43,043 nt of DNA from a virus (taxonomy: Duplodnaviria; Caudoviricetes), in the IMG/VR virus record IMGVR_UViG_3300005281_000072, positions 1-43,043 of that record, one strand, 5' to 3'. This document shows, piece after piece, positions 16,956 to 26,834 of the stretch. The notes under the pieces are model-generated. The model was not told the origin of the DNA, did no database searches, and was given only the letters and a program-made list of their open reading frames with translations. Position 1 is the stretch's first letter. Every line of letters begins with the position of its first letter. A program made the position numbers and the translations under genes.

Positions 16956-17182
16956 TGGACACGAACGAGATATTGCGTCGGCTTCGGGCGATTGATGATG
17001 CCTGTGATGAGCTCGAGGCCATGCCGAAGATCGTGGTTTATGCGGTCAGCAATGGCGAGGAAGTTCAGGCCCTTTTCCGGGAACCAGCAGCAGCAGCGTC
17101 GATGCGGGACCTGATGGGTCGGAAATCGTATCGTGTCGATAAATGGCTCATCCCGGCGTGGGTTTTTGAGTTTGAGGGCTAA
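16955..17182 (+). CDS. Hypothetical protein
   Basis: Stop/start coupling; GGAGG RBS. Confidence 0.65.
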   Translation: MDTNEILRRLRAIDDACDELEAMPKIVVYAVSNGEEVQALFREPAAAASMRDLMGRKSYRVDKWLIPAWVFEFEG

Positions 17183-17226
17183 TTCAGGAATTTCGGCAGT
17201 TGCCGGGAAAAACAGGAGTGGTGAAT

Positions 17227-17418
17227 ATGGCTGAGATGGATATGGTACCAGCAGAAGTACGACGGGAGTTCGTTCGTCGGTTGTTGGAGGAGGTCCGAGA
17301 AATGGGGGACGACGAGCTGGCGATGCTCTTGCTTCACGGCATGGACGACTCGGAGGTTCGTGCGCGAGTGGATGACATCGTGAAGGGGTATGTCAGCCGC
17401 GAGTTGACGTGTCAGTGA
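17227..17418 (+). CDS. Hypothetical protein
   Basis: AGGAG RBS before ATG 17227. Confidence 0.65.
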   Translation: MAEMDMVPAEVRREFVRRLLEEVREMGDDELAMLLLHGMDDSEVRARVDDIVKGYVSRELTCQ

Positions 17419-17438
17419 TGCACCTGTGGACCTCTACG

Positions 17439-17590
17439 CTCTGCCTAGACGGGGCCGCACTCTGCCTAGACGGCTGGTTGTATGGGGGCGACGTTGGGGT
17501 CTTTAACTTAGCCCCGGGGCATAGGGCCATACGTATGCGCGGCCGCGTTGCCCTAGGGCCCTAACCCTCTGGCACTGCATAGACGGGGCC
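17439..17590. repeat. Direct repeats and palindrome array in non-coding region
   Basis: CTCTGCCTAGACGG at 17439 and 17460, variant CTGCATAGACGGGGCC at 17575; five 10-bp palindromes in 17511-17563. Confidence 0.85.
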
Positions 17591-17853
17591 CTACTCTACA
17601 CAGGCGGTGCCGCACCCCCATAGGTCAAGGGTCTTGTCCTATCGCCCCCTACCACAATCGGCCGCCGCTGTCAACCCCAACCAATGCAGAACAGAAAACT
17701 AATCCGCAATGGCACCCGCAACTGGAAAATCCATCTTGCCTATTGACAATGGCGACCAACTTGTATATGGGCGCGCCGGCGCTCGCGCCTATCCGATTTC
17801 AGGCCCGATGTCAACCCGATACAAGAAAGAAAATTATTCCGCATTCGGACCTA

Positions 17854-17882
17854 TTGACAACCTCGACCGCCCTTGTTATATT
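17854..17882 (+). promoter_or_regulatory. Sigma70-like promoter
   Basis: TTGACA-17-TATATT upstream of 17930. Confidence 0.7.
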
Positions 17883-17929
17883 CATTCCGTTAACGCAATC
17901 CCGCGTTAGGTGATAAAAGGAAAACACCG

Positions 17930-18412
<483 letters not shown>

Positions 18413-18460
18413 CCGCAATGCACCACGATGGGCGCGGCACCCGCCGCGTCCGTTTCATCG

Positions 18461-18496
18461 CCGCCTCGCCCAACCCATGGGCGGGGTGGTTTTTTT
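18461..18496 (+). terminator. Rho-independent terminator
   Basis: CCGCCTCGCCCA-ACCCA-TGGGCGGGGTGG followed by T7. Confidence 0.85.
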
Positions 18497-18643
18497 ATGG
18501 AGATGGGCATGGGCGGCGGACTGGTACCGTTCCACTCTGCCAAGGTTTTGGCTCTGTAGCTTCTCTTTATTGAGAGAACTGGTGTTGCACCCACTCATCC
18601 ACTCACTTACAATCGACCGGTCACAACTAGGAGAACTGCGTCG

Positions 18644-18994
18644 ATGAGGACTAACTGGGGTATCAACGAACTCGGGCTCCCACATATCCAAGAGCTTGTG
18701 AGGCACGACCGGATCAAAATTGCGGTTGCTGCCTGGGCGTATGAGCACAACTACCGACCAATCATGTCGGACCAAGAATACGACGAACTCTCCAAGCGAG
18801 TCGACAAGCAAAGAAACATCGCAACGGGAAATCACCGCCTCGACCGGTTCTTCCAACGGCACTTCGACGCAAGCACTGGCCTGTGGGTGCATAAGCATCC
18901 CAACAAAGCTGGGCTCGAAAACATATATGCGCGCTTCTATTATCCCGCGCTATACCGCAAGGAAATCCGACGACGGAAGCGCCGAAACCGTTGA
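18644..18994 (+). CDS. Stand-alone NAD-dependent ligase domain Ia-like (Nlig-Ia) protein
   Basis: AYE....PIMSDQEYDEL resembles the LigA domain Ia Y..D.P.ISDAEYD.L motif; AGGAG RBS. Confidence 0.7.
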   Translation: MRTNWGINELGLPHIQELVRHDRIKIAVAAWAYEHNYRPIMSDQEYDELSKRVDKQRNIATGNHRLDRFFQRHFDASTGLWVHKHPNKAGLENIYARFYYPALYRKEIRRRKRRNR

Positions 18995-19019
18995 CAAACT
19001 CCCTCCCACTACTTATCAT
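18991..19019 (+). promoter_or_regulatory. Sigma70-like promoter before packaging genes
   Basis: TTGACA-17-TATCAT. Confidence 0.65.
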
Positions 19020-19051
19020 GGCTCCCATCCACCAAATGGGGGCCATTTTCT

Positions 19052-19264
19052 ATGGACACTGCAGCCTCAGTTAAGCATTACACCCCGGAGCAGTTCGTCA
19101 GAGCTGACTTCCTAGGACCGGATGGCAAGCCGGCAAGAGTCCGCCGCCACATCCGTTCCGCTATCGTGCACTTCGATGATGGCAAATCCTACCACCTGCC
19201 GCGGCATGAGCTGAACAAGCTGCCGGGCTTTAATCTGGAGCCGCATCATGCCCCGAAGAGATAA
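19052..19264 (+). CDS. Hypothetical protein
   Basis: Fills the gap between promoter and terS. Confidence 0.55.
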   Translation: MDTAASVKHYTPEQFVRADFLGPDGKPARVRRHIRSAIVHFDDGKSYHLPRHELNKLPGFNLEPHHAPKR

Positions 19265-19847
19265 GAAACTCATCAACGACCCCCTAGCTCCCACCTACCA
19301 CACGATCAAACTGCCGAGCGGCAAACGCCTCAGACTGAAGCGCAAGAAAGCCTACGATAAGGGCCGCTTCGACACCGAGATGCGCGAGCAATACCTCGCC
19401 CTGATCCGTGAAGGCGTGACGAACAAGGACGCTGCAGCAGCATGCGGCTGTGGAACCAAGTACTTCCAGCGACGCCGCAAGGAGGACCCCGAGTTCGAAC
19501 AGGCCTACCAAGAAGCTCGAGCAGATGGCGATGACGTAATCCGAGCCGAAATCCACCGGCGAGCCGTCGAAGGCGTAAGGCGAGCGATCTATCACGACGG
19601 CAAAGTCGTCGGATACAAGCAGGAGTACAGCGACCAGCTGCTGATGTTCCTTGCCAAGGCTCGTATGCCCCAGGAGTTCGGCGATAGGCAGACAGTCGAT
19701 CATGTCCACAAGTTCGAAGGTGCTGCCGAACAACTGGTCGACAAGATATCCCGAATGCTTGGTGTCCAACCTCCAGCACTGCCCCCTCGCAACCCCGCCG
19801 TGATAGACGCCGAGTACGAGGACATCACCAATGAACGCTCTCGCTAA
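19248..19847 (+). CDS. terS: Terminase small subunit
   Basis: HTH plus DPEF..AY..A..G, RRAVEG and YSDQLLMFLAKA motifs; directly upstream of terL. Confidence 0.8.
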   Translation: MPRRDKKLINDPLAPTYHTIKLPSGKRLRLKRKKAYDKGRFDTEMREQYLALIREGVTNKDAAAACGCGTKYFQRRRKEDPEFEQAYQEARADGDDVIRAEIHRRAVEGVRRAIYHDGKVVGYKQEYSDQLLMFLAKARMPQEFGDRQTVDHVHKFEGAAEQLVDKISRMLGVQPPALPPRNPAVIDAEYEDITNERSR

Positions 19848-21180
19848 CTTTAACCTGCACGACCTCAAGCAACGGGTGCCGCCCGAGAAGCTGATCAAGC
19901 TGTTCCAATCGCTCACGAACGAGGAAGCGATCCTGCTGCAGTATCAATGGTCCTTTTGGGCACGTCCTCAGCAGCTGCCTCCGCCAATCAGCAAGGATAA
20001 CCCTTGGCTGACGTGGCTGATCCTCGCAGGACGTGGCTTCGGCAAGACACGCTCAGGCGCCGAGTGGGTGCGTCATCTGGTCGAGCATCACAACTATCGC
20101 CGCATTGCGCTCGTCGCTGAAGACGCCGGCGACGCTCGAGACGTTATGGTCGAAGGCGAAAGCGGCATCATGTCGGTCTGCCCACCCTGGAATAGACCCA
20201 CCTACGAGCCGTCGAAGAAGCGCTTGACGTGGCCGAATGGGGCCAGGGCTACCATCTACTCAGCCGATGATCCTGAGGCGCTCCGTGGCCCGCAGCATGA
20301 CGCCGCATGGCTGGATGAGTTGTGCAAGTGGCGCTATCAGCAGGAGACGTGGGATCAGCTGCAGTTCGGTCTGCGCCTCGGCAAGCGCCCGGTGCAGTGC
20401 ATCACGACGACGCCGAAGCCGACTAAGCTGCTGAAGGAGATCATCGCCCGCAAATCCACGATTATCACCAAAGGCCACACCTACGACAACCTCGACAACC
20501 TTGCCGAGACGTTCCGCGAGGCTATTGTGGCTAGGTACGAAGGTACCAGGCTCGGTCGACAGGAGCTCAACGCCGAAATCCTCGACGATAACCCGAACGC
20601 CCTGTTCCATCAGCCGCTGATCGAGGCCGCTCGCAAGAAGAAGGGCGAAGTGCCTGAAGACCTGCACATGACTGTTGTAGCTGTGGACCCACCCACGACT
20701 GGCAACGAAAAAAGTGATGAGTGCGGTATCATCGTCGCAAGTCGAGATATTCCCAACACCAACCACGCTCACTTCTACATCCATCAAGATGGTTCGATGC
20801 AAGGACGCTCGCCTGAGAAGTGGGCAGCCGCTGCAGTCAGCCTCTATTACAAGTATCAGGCCAATGCCATCGTCGCCGAGGTCAACCAAGGTGGCGATAT
20901 GGTCGAGAGCGTCATCAAAAACGTCGATCCCACAGTCAAGGTCATCAAGGTCAGAGCATCCAAAGGCAAGTGGATCAGGGCTGAGCCTATCGCCGGCTTG
21001 TATGAGCAAGGCAGGGTCCATCACGTCGGCAACTTCAGCACCCTTGAAGATCAGATGTGCGACTTTGATCCATCCGGTATGATCGAGGGCAAATCGCCCG
21101 ACAGGTTGGACGCACTGGTGTGGGCATTGGCAGAGCTCAGCAACCGCAAGCAAGCCGAGCCGCGCATCCGGTTGCTCTAA
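19831..21180 (+). CDS. terL: Terminase large subunit (GTA-like Terminase_6 type)
   Basis: LAGRGFGKTR Walker A, LRGPQH.AWLDE, VAVDPP, SPDRLDALVWA. Confidence 0.95.
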   Translation: MNALANFNLHDLKQRVPPEKLIKLFQSLTNEEAILLQYQWSFWARPQQLPPPISKDNPWLTWLILAGRGFGKTRSGAEWVRHLVEHHNYRRIALVAEDAGDARDVMVEGESGIMSVCPPWNRPTYEPSKKRLTWPNGARATIYSADDPEALRGPQHDAAWLDELCKWRYQQETWDQLQFGLRLGKRPVQCITTTPKPTKLLKEIIARKSTIITKGHTYDNLDNLAETFREAIVARYEGTRLGRQELNAEILDDNPNALFHQPLIEAARKKKGEVPEDLHMTVVAVDPPTTGNEKSDECGIIVASRDIPNTNHAHFYIHQDGSMQGRSPEKWAAAAVSLYYKYQANAIVAEVNQGGDMVESVIKNVDPTVKVIKVRASKGKWIRAEPIAGLYEQGRVHHVGNFSTLEDQMCDFDPSGMIEGKSPDRLDALVWALAELSNRKQAEPRIRLL

Positions 21181-21216
21181 CCATACGTTACGCACGTAAC
21201 ATAAGCCACAATTCAG

Positions 21217-21246
21217 TTGACGGCCGCTAGTGCCGCATGGTATGTT
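21217..21246 (+). promoter_or_regulatory. Sigma70-like promoter before portal
   Basis: TTGACG-18-TATGTT. Confidence 0.45.
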
Positions 21247-21277
21247 GGCACAATCCCTACCTTCAGGAGACCTGCAA

Positions 21278-22564
21278 ATGCAGAGGATGTCGGGCAAGGC
21301 CTCCAAGGCCGGAAAAGCAATCTACCTACAGACGATGGGACGTCCGACGTGGACTCCTCGTGACTACGAGAAGCTCGCTAGAGAGAGCTACATGATGAAC
21401 GCGGTCTCGTACCGATGCGTTCGTCTTGTGGCAGAAGCGGCAGCTTCGATGCCTTTCCTTGTGCGCGAAGGCGACAAGGAGCTGACCGATCATCCATTCC
21501 TGAAGCTGATAAAGCGGCCCAACCCTTTCCAGTCACGTCACGAGTTTCTAGTCGCCGTCTACTCCTACATGCAGCTAGCCGGTCAGGCCTACATTGAACC
21601 GGTCATCCTCGACAACGAGATCCGCGAACTGTTCAACCTGCGCCCTGATCGCATAAAGATCACGGTCGGACCGAAAGGCTATCCCGTCAAGTACACCTAT
21701 ACGGTTGGTGGCCATGAGGTGCACTATCCCGTCACTGGCGGACCGGGCGACCAGCTTCCGATCCTGCATATCAAGGAATTTCACCCTATCGACGATCAGT
21801 ATGGCATGTCTCCTGTGGAAGCAGCTGCCTACTCGATTGACGTCCACAACCAGTCCAACGTCTTCAGCAAAGCGCTACTCGACAATCAAGCACGACCGTC
21901 GGGGGCCCTGGTCTATAGTGGCGGTGAGTCCGGGACCGAAGCGCTGTCGGATGAACAGTTCGCCCGGCTGAAGTCGGAGCTGGAGGAAAAGTACATGGGG
22001 GCTAAGAATGCGGGCAGGCCCCTGTTGCTTGATGGGGGCTTGGACTGGAAGGAGATGTCCCTCGCCCCGAAGGATATGGAGTACAGTGAAGCGAAGCAGC
22101 AATCCGCTCGCGACATTGCGCTCTCCTTCGGGGTTCCTCCACAACTCCTTGGTATCCCCGGCGATAACACCTACACCAACTACTCTCAGGCGGTGCGGGC
22201 GTTGTATCGTCAGACAGTCATCCCACTCGTCAACCACGTCTGTGCTGACATGACCAACTTCTTCGCTCCCACCTACGGCGAGGACTTCGAGGTCATCACT
22301 GATCTGGACTCGCTCGAGGCGTTGGCTGACGAACGTGCTGAACTGTGGAAGCGGGTCAACGATGCCAAGTTCATCACGATTGATGAGAAGCGGGCGGCAA
22401 CTGGCTATGAAGCCTACAGGGAAGGCGAAGGCATCGGCGCCAAGATCTATGGTCCGCTCAATGAGATGCCACTTTCCGACGAGACGATAAAGAAGGCCGA
22501 TCCAAACGCGGGTAGGGAGCCTAATTCTGACGATCCCACTGATGACGCGAACGAGGACGAATAA
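21278..22564 (+). CDS. HK97-family portal protein
   Basis: LRPDR, NQARPSGAL, NAGRPLLLDGGLDWK, FGVPPQLLGIPGDNTY; start ATG 21278 after AGGAG. Confidence 0.95.
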   Translation: MQRMSGKASKAGKAIYLQTMGRPTWTPRDYEKLARESYMMNAVSYRCVRLVAEAAASMPFLVREGDKELTDHPFLKLIKRPNPFQSRHEFLVAVYSYMQLAGQAYIEPVILDNEIRELFNLRPDRIKITVGPKGYPVKYTYTVGGHEVHYPVTGGPGDQLPILHIKEFHPIDDQYGMSPVEAAAYSIDVHNQSNVFSKALLDNQARPSGALVYSGGESGTEALSDEQFARLKSELEEKYMGAKNAGRPLLLDGGLDWKEMSLAPKDMEYSEAKQQSARDIALSFGVPPQLLGIPGDNTYTNYSQAVRALYRQTVIPLVNHVCADMTNFFAPTYGEDFEVITDLDSLEALADERAELWKRVNDAKFITIDEKRAATGYEAYREGEGIGAKIYGPLNEMPLSDETIKKADPNAGREPNSDDPTDDANEDE

Positions 22565-22566
22565 TC

Positions 22567-23268
22567 ATGCGCGCTTCGGGCGTTTTTTCGAGCCAGCAGC
22601 TGAGTGCGTATGAACAACGCATGATGATTAGCGTTTATCGCGCAAATGTCGCGCTGGCTCGTGAAATCGACGCTCGCTGGGCACCCGATGCGTTCCCGAT
22701 CATCGCTGAATTGCTTGTCAGGTGGCGAAACACAATTAGCGACCTGATCCTTCGCTTTAACGAGGTAATTATCCGCGACAGTGCGGGTTTCATGTTTCAG
22801 TTCGTCGGGCAGAAGAATCAACAGCTTGAGTTCCTGCTCAATTTCATCCGTCCCGAATTGCGTCGATATAGTAATCGCACAGCAGCCGTGATTGAAGGCT
22901 ATCTTCGTGACCGCATCGCCAAAGAACTGGCGTCCGGAAAGACACAGAAGGAAGTGCGGGAGTCCATTGACCGCATCCTTAAATCTCGTGGGTATGCACG
23001 ACGCATTGCCCACACTGAAGCTCACACCGCTCTTGAGCGTGGTATGTGGGAGGCCGCGAACTCACTGGGAGCTCGCATGACTAAGGAGTGGGTTTCAAGG
23101 GAAGACATACTAGTGCGTCCTGCCCATGCCGCGGCACATGGTCAGATTGTCTTCATAAATCAATCTTTCCTGGTAGGGGGTGAGTCATTGATGTTTCCTG
23201 GTGACCCATCCGCATCAGCGCGCAATCGCGTGAATTGCCGCTGTACTTCCAACTATAGGCTCGACTAA
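22567..23268 (+). CDS. Minor head (Mu gpF / SPP1 gp7-like) protein
   Basis: ARRIAHTE, KEW..D..VRPAH..HGQ, PGDP..VNCRC. Confidence 0.85.
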   Translation: MRASGVFSSQQLSAYEQRMMISVYRANVALAREIDARWAPDAFPIIAELLVRWRNTISDLILRFNEVIIRDSAGFMFQFVGQKNQQLEFLLNFIRPELRRYSNRTAAVIEGYLRDRIAKELASGKTQKEVRESIDRILKSRGYARRIAHTEAHTALERGMWEAANSLGARMTKEWVSREDILVRPAHAAAHGQIVFINQSFLVGGESLMFPGDPSASARNRVNCRCTSNYRLD

Positions 23269-23277
23269 GGGGGTACA

Positions 23278-23541
23278 ATGTCACTAACGCCGGAAGAGAA
23301 GGAAGAGATCAGAAGCTTGGTCAAGGTCGCCACGAAGGAGACCATCGATGAGACGTTCCGTGTGCTTGGTGTGGACCCATCAAACTTCGATCATGTCAAA
23401 GAGTTTCGTGAAAACCACAACTGGACATCACGCTACCGCAAAATGGCGGAACGGCTGGGTTCGCACATTATCATTGCTATTACCACCATAGTGACCGGTG
23501 GTATTATCACCGCAATTTGGGCCTACGTCACCCGGAGGTAG
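23278..23541 (+). CDS. Hypothetical protein with C-terminal TM helix
   Basis: G-rich RBS; IIIAITTIVTGGIITAIWAYV. Confidence 0.7.
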   Translation: MSLTPEEKEEIRSLVKVATKETIDETFRVLGVDPSNFDHVKEFRENHNWTSRYRKMAERLGSHIIIAITTIVTGGIITAIWAYVTRR

Positions 23542-23548
23542 TTTCAAG

Positions 23549-23577
23549 TTGCCATACCCACGCTATCGGTATATAAT
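23549..23577 (+). promoter_or_regulatory. Sigma70-like promoter before protease/capsid
   Basis: TTGCCA-17-TATAAT. Confidence 0.65.
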
Positions 23578-23600
23578 CGACCCGTGAAAGGAAACCGCTC

Positions 23601-24260
23601 ATGACCACGAACACGGAAAAGAAGTTCGTCCCTCTCGACCTTAAAGGGGTGTCGGACTCAGGCGAGTTCGAGGGATACGCTTCGAAGTTCGGTGACCGCG
23701 ATCAAGGCGGTGACACGGTCGTTAGGGGCGCCTTCACGAACTCGCTTCGCCGCAGGGGCCCGAAAGGCATCAAGATGCTGTGGCAGCATGATCCCTCCTA
23801 CCCGATAGGCCTGTGGGAGAAGATCGAAGAAGATGCTAAGGGACTCTACGTCAAGGGCCGACTGCTTACGTCGGTGCAGAAGGCGAGGGAGACCTACGAA
23901 CTCATGAAGGCCGGCATTATTGACGGTCTTTCTATCGGCTACCGGACGATCAGGGCAACCCGTGACGACCAGACGGGTTTCCGCGATCTGAAGGAAGTCG
24001 ACCTGTGGGAAATCTCACTTGTCACCTTCCCGATGCTGACCTCGGCCACGGTCACGTCAGTCAAGGGCGATTGGAGCAAGCGTGAGGTCGAGCGTGTACT
24101 GCGAGACGCAGGCATGCCGAATGCGATGGCCGTCAAGCTTATCGCAGGTGGCTGGAATGCTGCCAACACTTCCGGCGGACAGAGCGACTCTGACGACGGG
24201 TTCACCGATCTGGCGGAACAGCTCCGTCAGATAAACGAAACTCTTCAAAGGAGACTGTGA
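23601..24260 (+). CDS. HK97-family prohead protease
   Basis: FEGYAS.F, LWQHD, GLSIGY, LWEISLVTFP. Confidence 0.95.
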   Translation: MTTNTEKKFVPLDLKGVSDSGEFEGYASKFGDRDQGGDTVVRGAFTNSLRRRGPKGIKMLWQHDPSYPIGLWEKIEEDAKGLYVKGRLLTSVQKARETYELMKAGIIDGLSIGYRTIRATRDDQTGFRDLKEVDLWEISLVTFPMLTSATVTSVKGDWSKREVERVLRDAGMPNAMAVKLIAGGWNAANTSGGQSDSDDGFTDLAEQLRQINETLQRRL

Positions 24261-24261
24261 C

Positions 24262-25602
24262 ATGCGAGACTTCGGTCACAACCTTCCGCTCGGCCTCGAA
24301 CGCAAGGATGCCGGCGGCGACGACAAGAATACCTCTGAGAGCAAGAAGGCTGATACGGCCGAAATCAAGAGCCTGCTCGACACCCACTCCAAGACTCTCA
24401 AGGAGTTCATGGACAAGGTCGACCAGGAAATCGGCCAGATGAAGAAGTCCATCGACGGCAAGACCGCCGATGTCATCACCAAGGAAGAGGTCAAAAGGCT
24501 CAACGATGCTCTCGACGAGCAGAAGAAGTTGGTTGAAAGCCTCCGCCTCGAGAACCAGCGGCCGTTCCTTACGCAGCCCGACGGCACCAAGGCTCAGATG
24601 ACCGAGGAGCAGCTCGAGCACAAGAAGGCCTTCAATGACTGGTTCCGCAAAGGCCGTGGCGAAGACATCCTCCGCGAGCTCGAGGCTAAGACGCTGAGTG
24701 TCGGCTCCGATCCCGACGGCGGCTACACGGTTCCGGTCCAGACGGAAGCGACAATCGACCGTATCATCACGGAAATCTCGCCGGTTCGTTCCATCGCCCG
24801 TGTGGTCTCGGTCTCGACGGCTTCCTACAAGAAGCGTGTTACGACCAGCGGCGCCAGCTCCGGCTGGGTGGGTGAACAGACCTCGCGTCCGAACACCGAC
24901 ACGCCCAAGCTGGATGAACTCGAATACCCGGTGATGGAGCTCTATGCCAATCCGGCAGCAACGCAGTCGCTTCTTGATGACTCCGCCATCAACATCGACC
25001 AGTGGCTGGCCGACGAAGTGGGCATCGAGTTCGCGCAGCAGGAAGGCGCCGCCTTCGTCAACGGCAACGGTGCTGCCAAGCCGCGTGGCTTCCTGTCCTA
25101 TACCACTGTCGATAACGACAATTGGGAATGGGGCAAGATCGGCTACGTTGCAACGGGTGTATCGGGTGACTGGGCCGACAGCTCTTCCGATCCCGGCGCC
25201 GAGGAAGACAACCTGGTCGACCTCGTCTACTCGCTGAAGGCTGCGTTCCGCCCGAATGCCCGGTTCGTAATGAACCGCAAGACAGTCGGCGCTGTCCGGA
25301 AGCTGCGTGATGCGGATGGTCGTTCGTTCTGGTCCTCGGGCCTGCGCGACGGCGAGCCGGATCGTATCCTCGGCTACCCGATCACCGAAATGGAGGACAT
25401 GCCTGACATCGGTACGGACAAATACGCTATCGCCTTCGGCGACTTCCGCCGTGGTTACATCATCGTTGACCGCATCGGCATCCGGGTCCTTCGCGATCCG
25501 TACTCCTCGAAGCCCTACATCCAGTTCTACACCACGAAGCGTGTGGGCGGAGGCATCGGCCACTACGACGCGATCAAGCTGCTGAAGTTCGGCACGTCCT
25601 GA
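24262..25602 (+). CDS. HK97-fold major capsid protein
   Basis: Coiled-coil delta domain, DGGYTVP, AFVNGNG..KPRGFL, IAFGDF, RDPYSSKP, KRVGGG. Confidence 0.97.
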   Translation: MRDFGHNLPLGLERKDAGGDDKNTSESKKADTAEIKSLLDTHSKTLKEFMDKVDQEIGQMKKSIDGKTADVITKEEVKRLNDALDEQKKLVESLRLENQRPFLTQPDGTKAQMTEEQLEHKKAFNDWFRKGRGEDILRELEAKTLSVGSDPDGGYTVPVQTEATIDRIITEISPVRSIARVVSVSTASYKKRVTTSGASSGWVGEQTSRPNTDTPKLDELEYPVMELYANPAATQSLLDDSAINIDQWLADEVGIEFAQQEGAAFVNGNGAAKPRGFLSYTTVDNDNWEWGKIGYVATGVSGDWADSSSDPGAEEDNLVDLVYSLKAAFRPNARFVMNRKTVGAVRKLRDADGRSFWSSGLRDGEPDRILGYPITEMEDMPDIGTDKYAIAFGDFRRGYIIVDRIGIRVLRDPYSSKPYIQFYTTKRVGGGIGHYDAIKLLKFGTS

Positions 25603-25669
25603 TCCACCGGGTGAGGCCTCAGGGCCTCTCCTTCCATCTTGAAACTTCGTTCAACCAAGGAGATACGCT

Positions 25670-26092
25670 ATGAAGCGAGATCTTATGAACAACATCCACC
25701 CGGTGGTCGCAATTGCTCCCGTGGTAGTCAGCGATACCACGAGCCAGGTGTCCTCGGCCATCGACGTTCGGCACTACAAGTCGGTTACCTTCGTCATCAT
25801 GGCGGGAACTCTGGCAGCGACTGCTGGGAGCTTCAAAGTGACGGTCAAGGAAGGTTCGACCTCTGTCCAGGCCAATCACACTGAGGTGGCGGACAAGGAC
25901 CTGATCGGGACCGAGGCGCTGGCCTCCTTCGACCAGTCCGCTGATGGCAAGTGCTTCAAGATCGGCTACAAGGGCGACCAGGACTACGTGTCCATCGAGA
26001 TTGACATTACTGACAACAATGATTCGGCGCCGCTGGCAGTTTTGTGCATCCTCGAGCCCTACGAACGTCCTGCTGCTAATCCGCCGGCGTAA
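25670..26092 (+). CDS. Putative capsid decoration / head-associated protein
   Basis: Beta-rich 140 aa directly after capsid; AAGGAG RBS. Confidence 0.6.
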   Translation: MKRDLMNNIHPVVAIAPVVVSDTTSQVSSAIDVRHYKSVTFVIMAGTLAATAGSFKVTVKEGSTSVQANHTEVADKDLIGTEALASFDQSADGKCFKIGYKGDQDYVSIEIDITDNNDSAPLAVLCILEPYERPAANPPA

Positions 26093-26174
26093 CCCCTCGT
26101 TCGCCGACGGTGCGGGGGCTAGCATATCCTCCTCCCGGTGCTAGCCCCCAACCCCTTCAACAAGGAACTGTGCC

Positions 26175-26834
26175 ATGATAGTCTCGAATAAAAGAACTAC
26201 CGATCCCGCGGTCGAGCCCGTGACTGTCGCCGAGATGGACCAGTTCCTGCGAGGCGACAATGTGATTGAGTCTGTTGATGGCACTCTCGTTGAGAGCCTG
26301 ATCGTTGCTGCCCGTGAGTATGTGGAAGAGTTCACCCGCCGCGCACTCATCACCCAGACCTGGACGATGTATATGGATCGCTGGCCGCAGACGCAGGATC
26401 CGCTGGGATGGTGGGACGGCGTTCGCGAAGGTTCCATCAGTTCGGGAGATGCGCGTTCACTCACACTCCCTATTGGTCCACTTCAGTCGGTTACGTCAAT
26501 CAAGACGTTCGATCAGGACAACAATGAGACTCTGTTCCCAGATACCAACTACTTCCTAAACACCACAGCCACTCCCGGCGAGGTCATCCTTAATACTGGC
26601 GTTGTGTGGCCTACGTTCACCCGCAATCGGATGGGTATTGAGGTGGTCTATGTTGCGGGCTATGGTGATGCAGCAACCGATGTCCCATCGCCGTTGCGTA
26701 TGGCAATTAAGCAGCTCGTCACTCACTGGTACGAGGACCGTGAGTTCACTAAAACCCAATCGGATCAGAACCAGGCTATTGCACCTTTGCATGTCCAGTC
26801 GATCCTTAACCGCTACAAGGTGCACCGGCTATGA
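26175..26834 (+). CDS. Head-tail connector / adaptor (gp6-like)
   Basis: EPVTVAE, AAREYVE.FT.RALITQTW, AGYG..VP..L..AI..LV.HWYE.R. Confidence 0.9.
   Translation: MIVSNKRTTDPAVEPVTVAEMDQFLRGDNVIESVDGTLVESLIVAAREYVEEFTRRALITQTWTMYMDRWPQTQDPLGWWDGVREGSISSGDARSLTLPIGPLQSVTSIKTFDQDNNETLFPDTNYFLNTTATPGEVILNTGVVWPTFTRNRMGIEVVYVAGYGDAATDVPSPLRMAIKQLVTHWYEDREFTKTQSDQNQAIAPLHVQSILNRYKVHRL

Noticed and set aside
17485-17494. GGGGCGACGT resembles the lambda cos sequence
   Set aside because: Short partial match; the terminase looks GTA-like rather than lambda-like and no HNH gene was seen
17439-17590. Direct repeats as a possible mini-CRISPR (a Cas4-like gene is present)
   Set aside because: Repeats are only 14 bp with irregular spacing; the Cas4-like nuclease lies in a standard recombination module
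24202-25563. Long antisense ORFs (also 20260-21306, 35684-36889, 136-846 and others)
   Set aside because: Shadows of well-supported genes in GC-rich DNA with biased codons; no RBS or motifs
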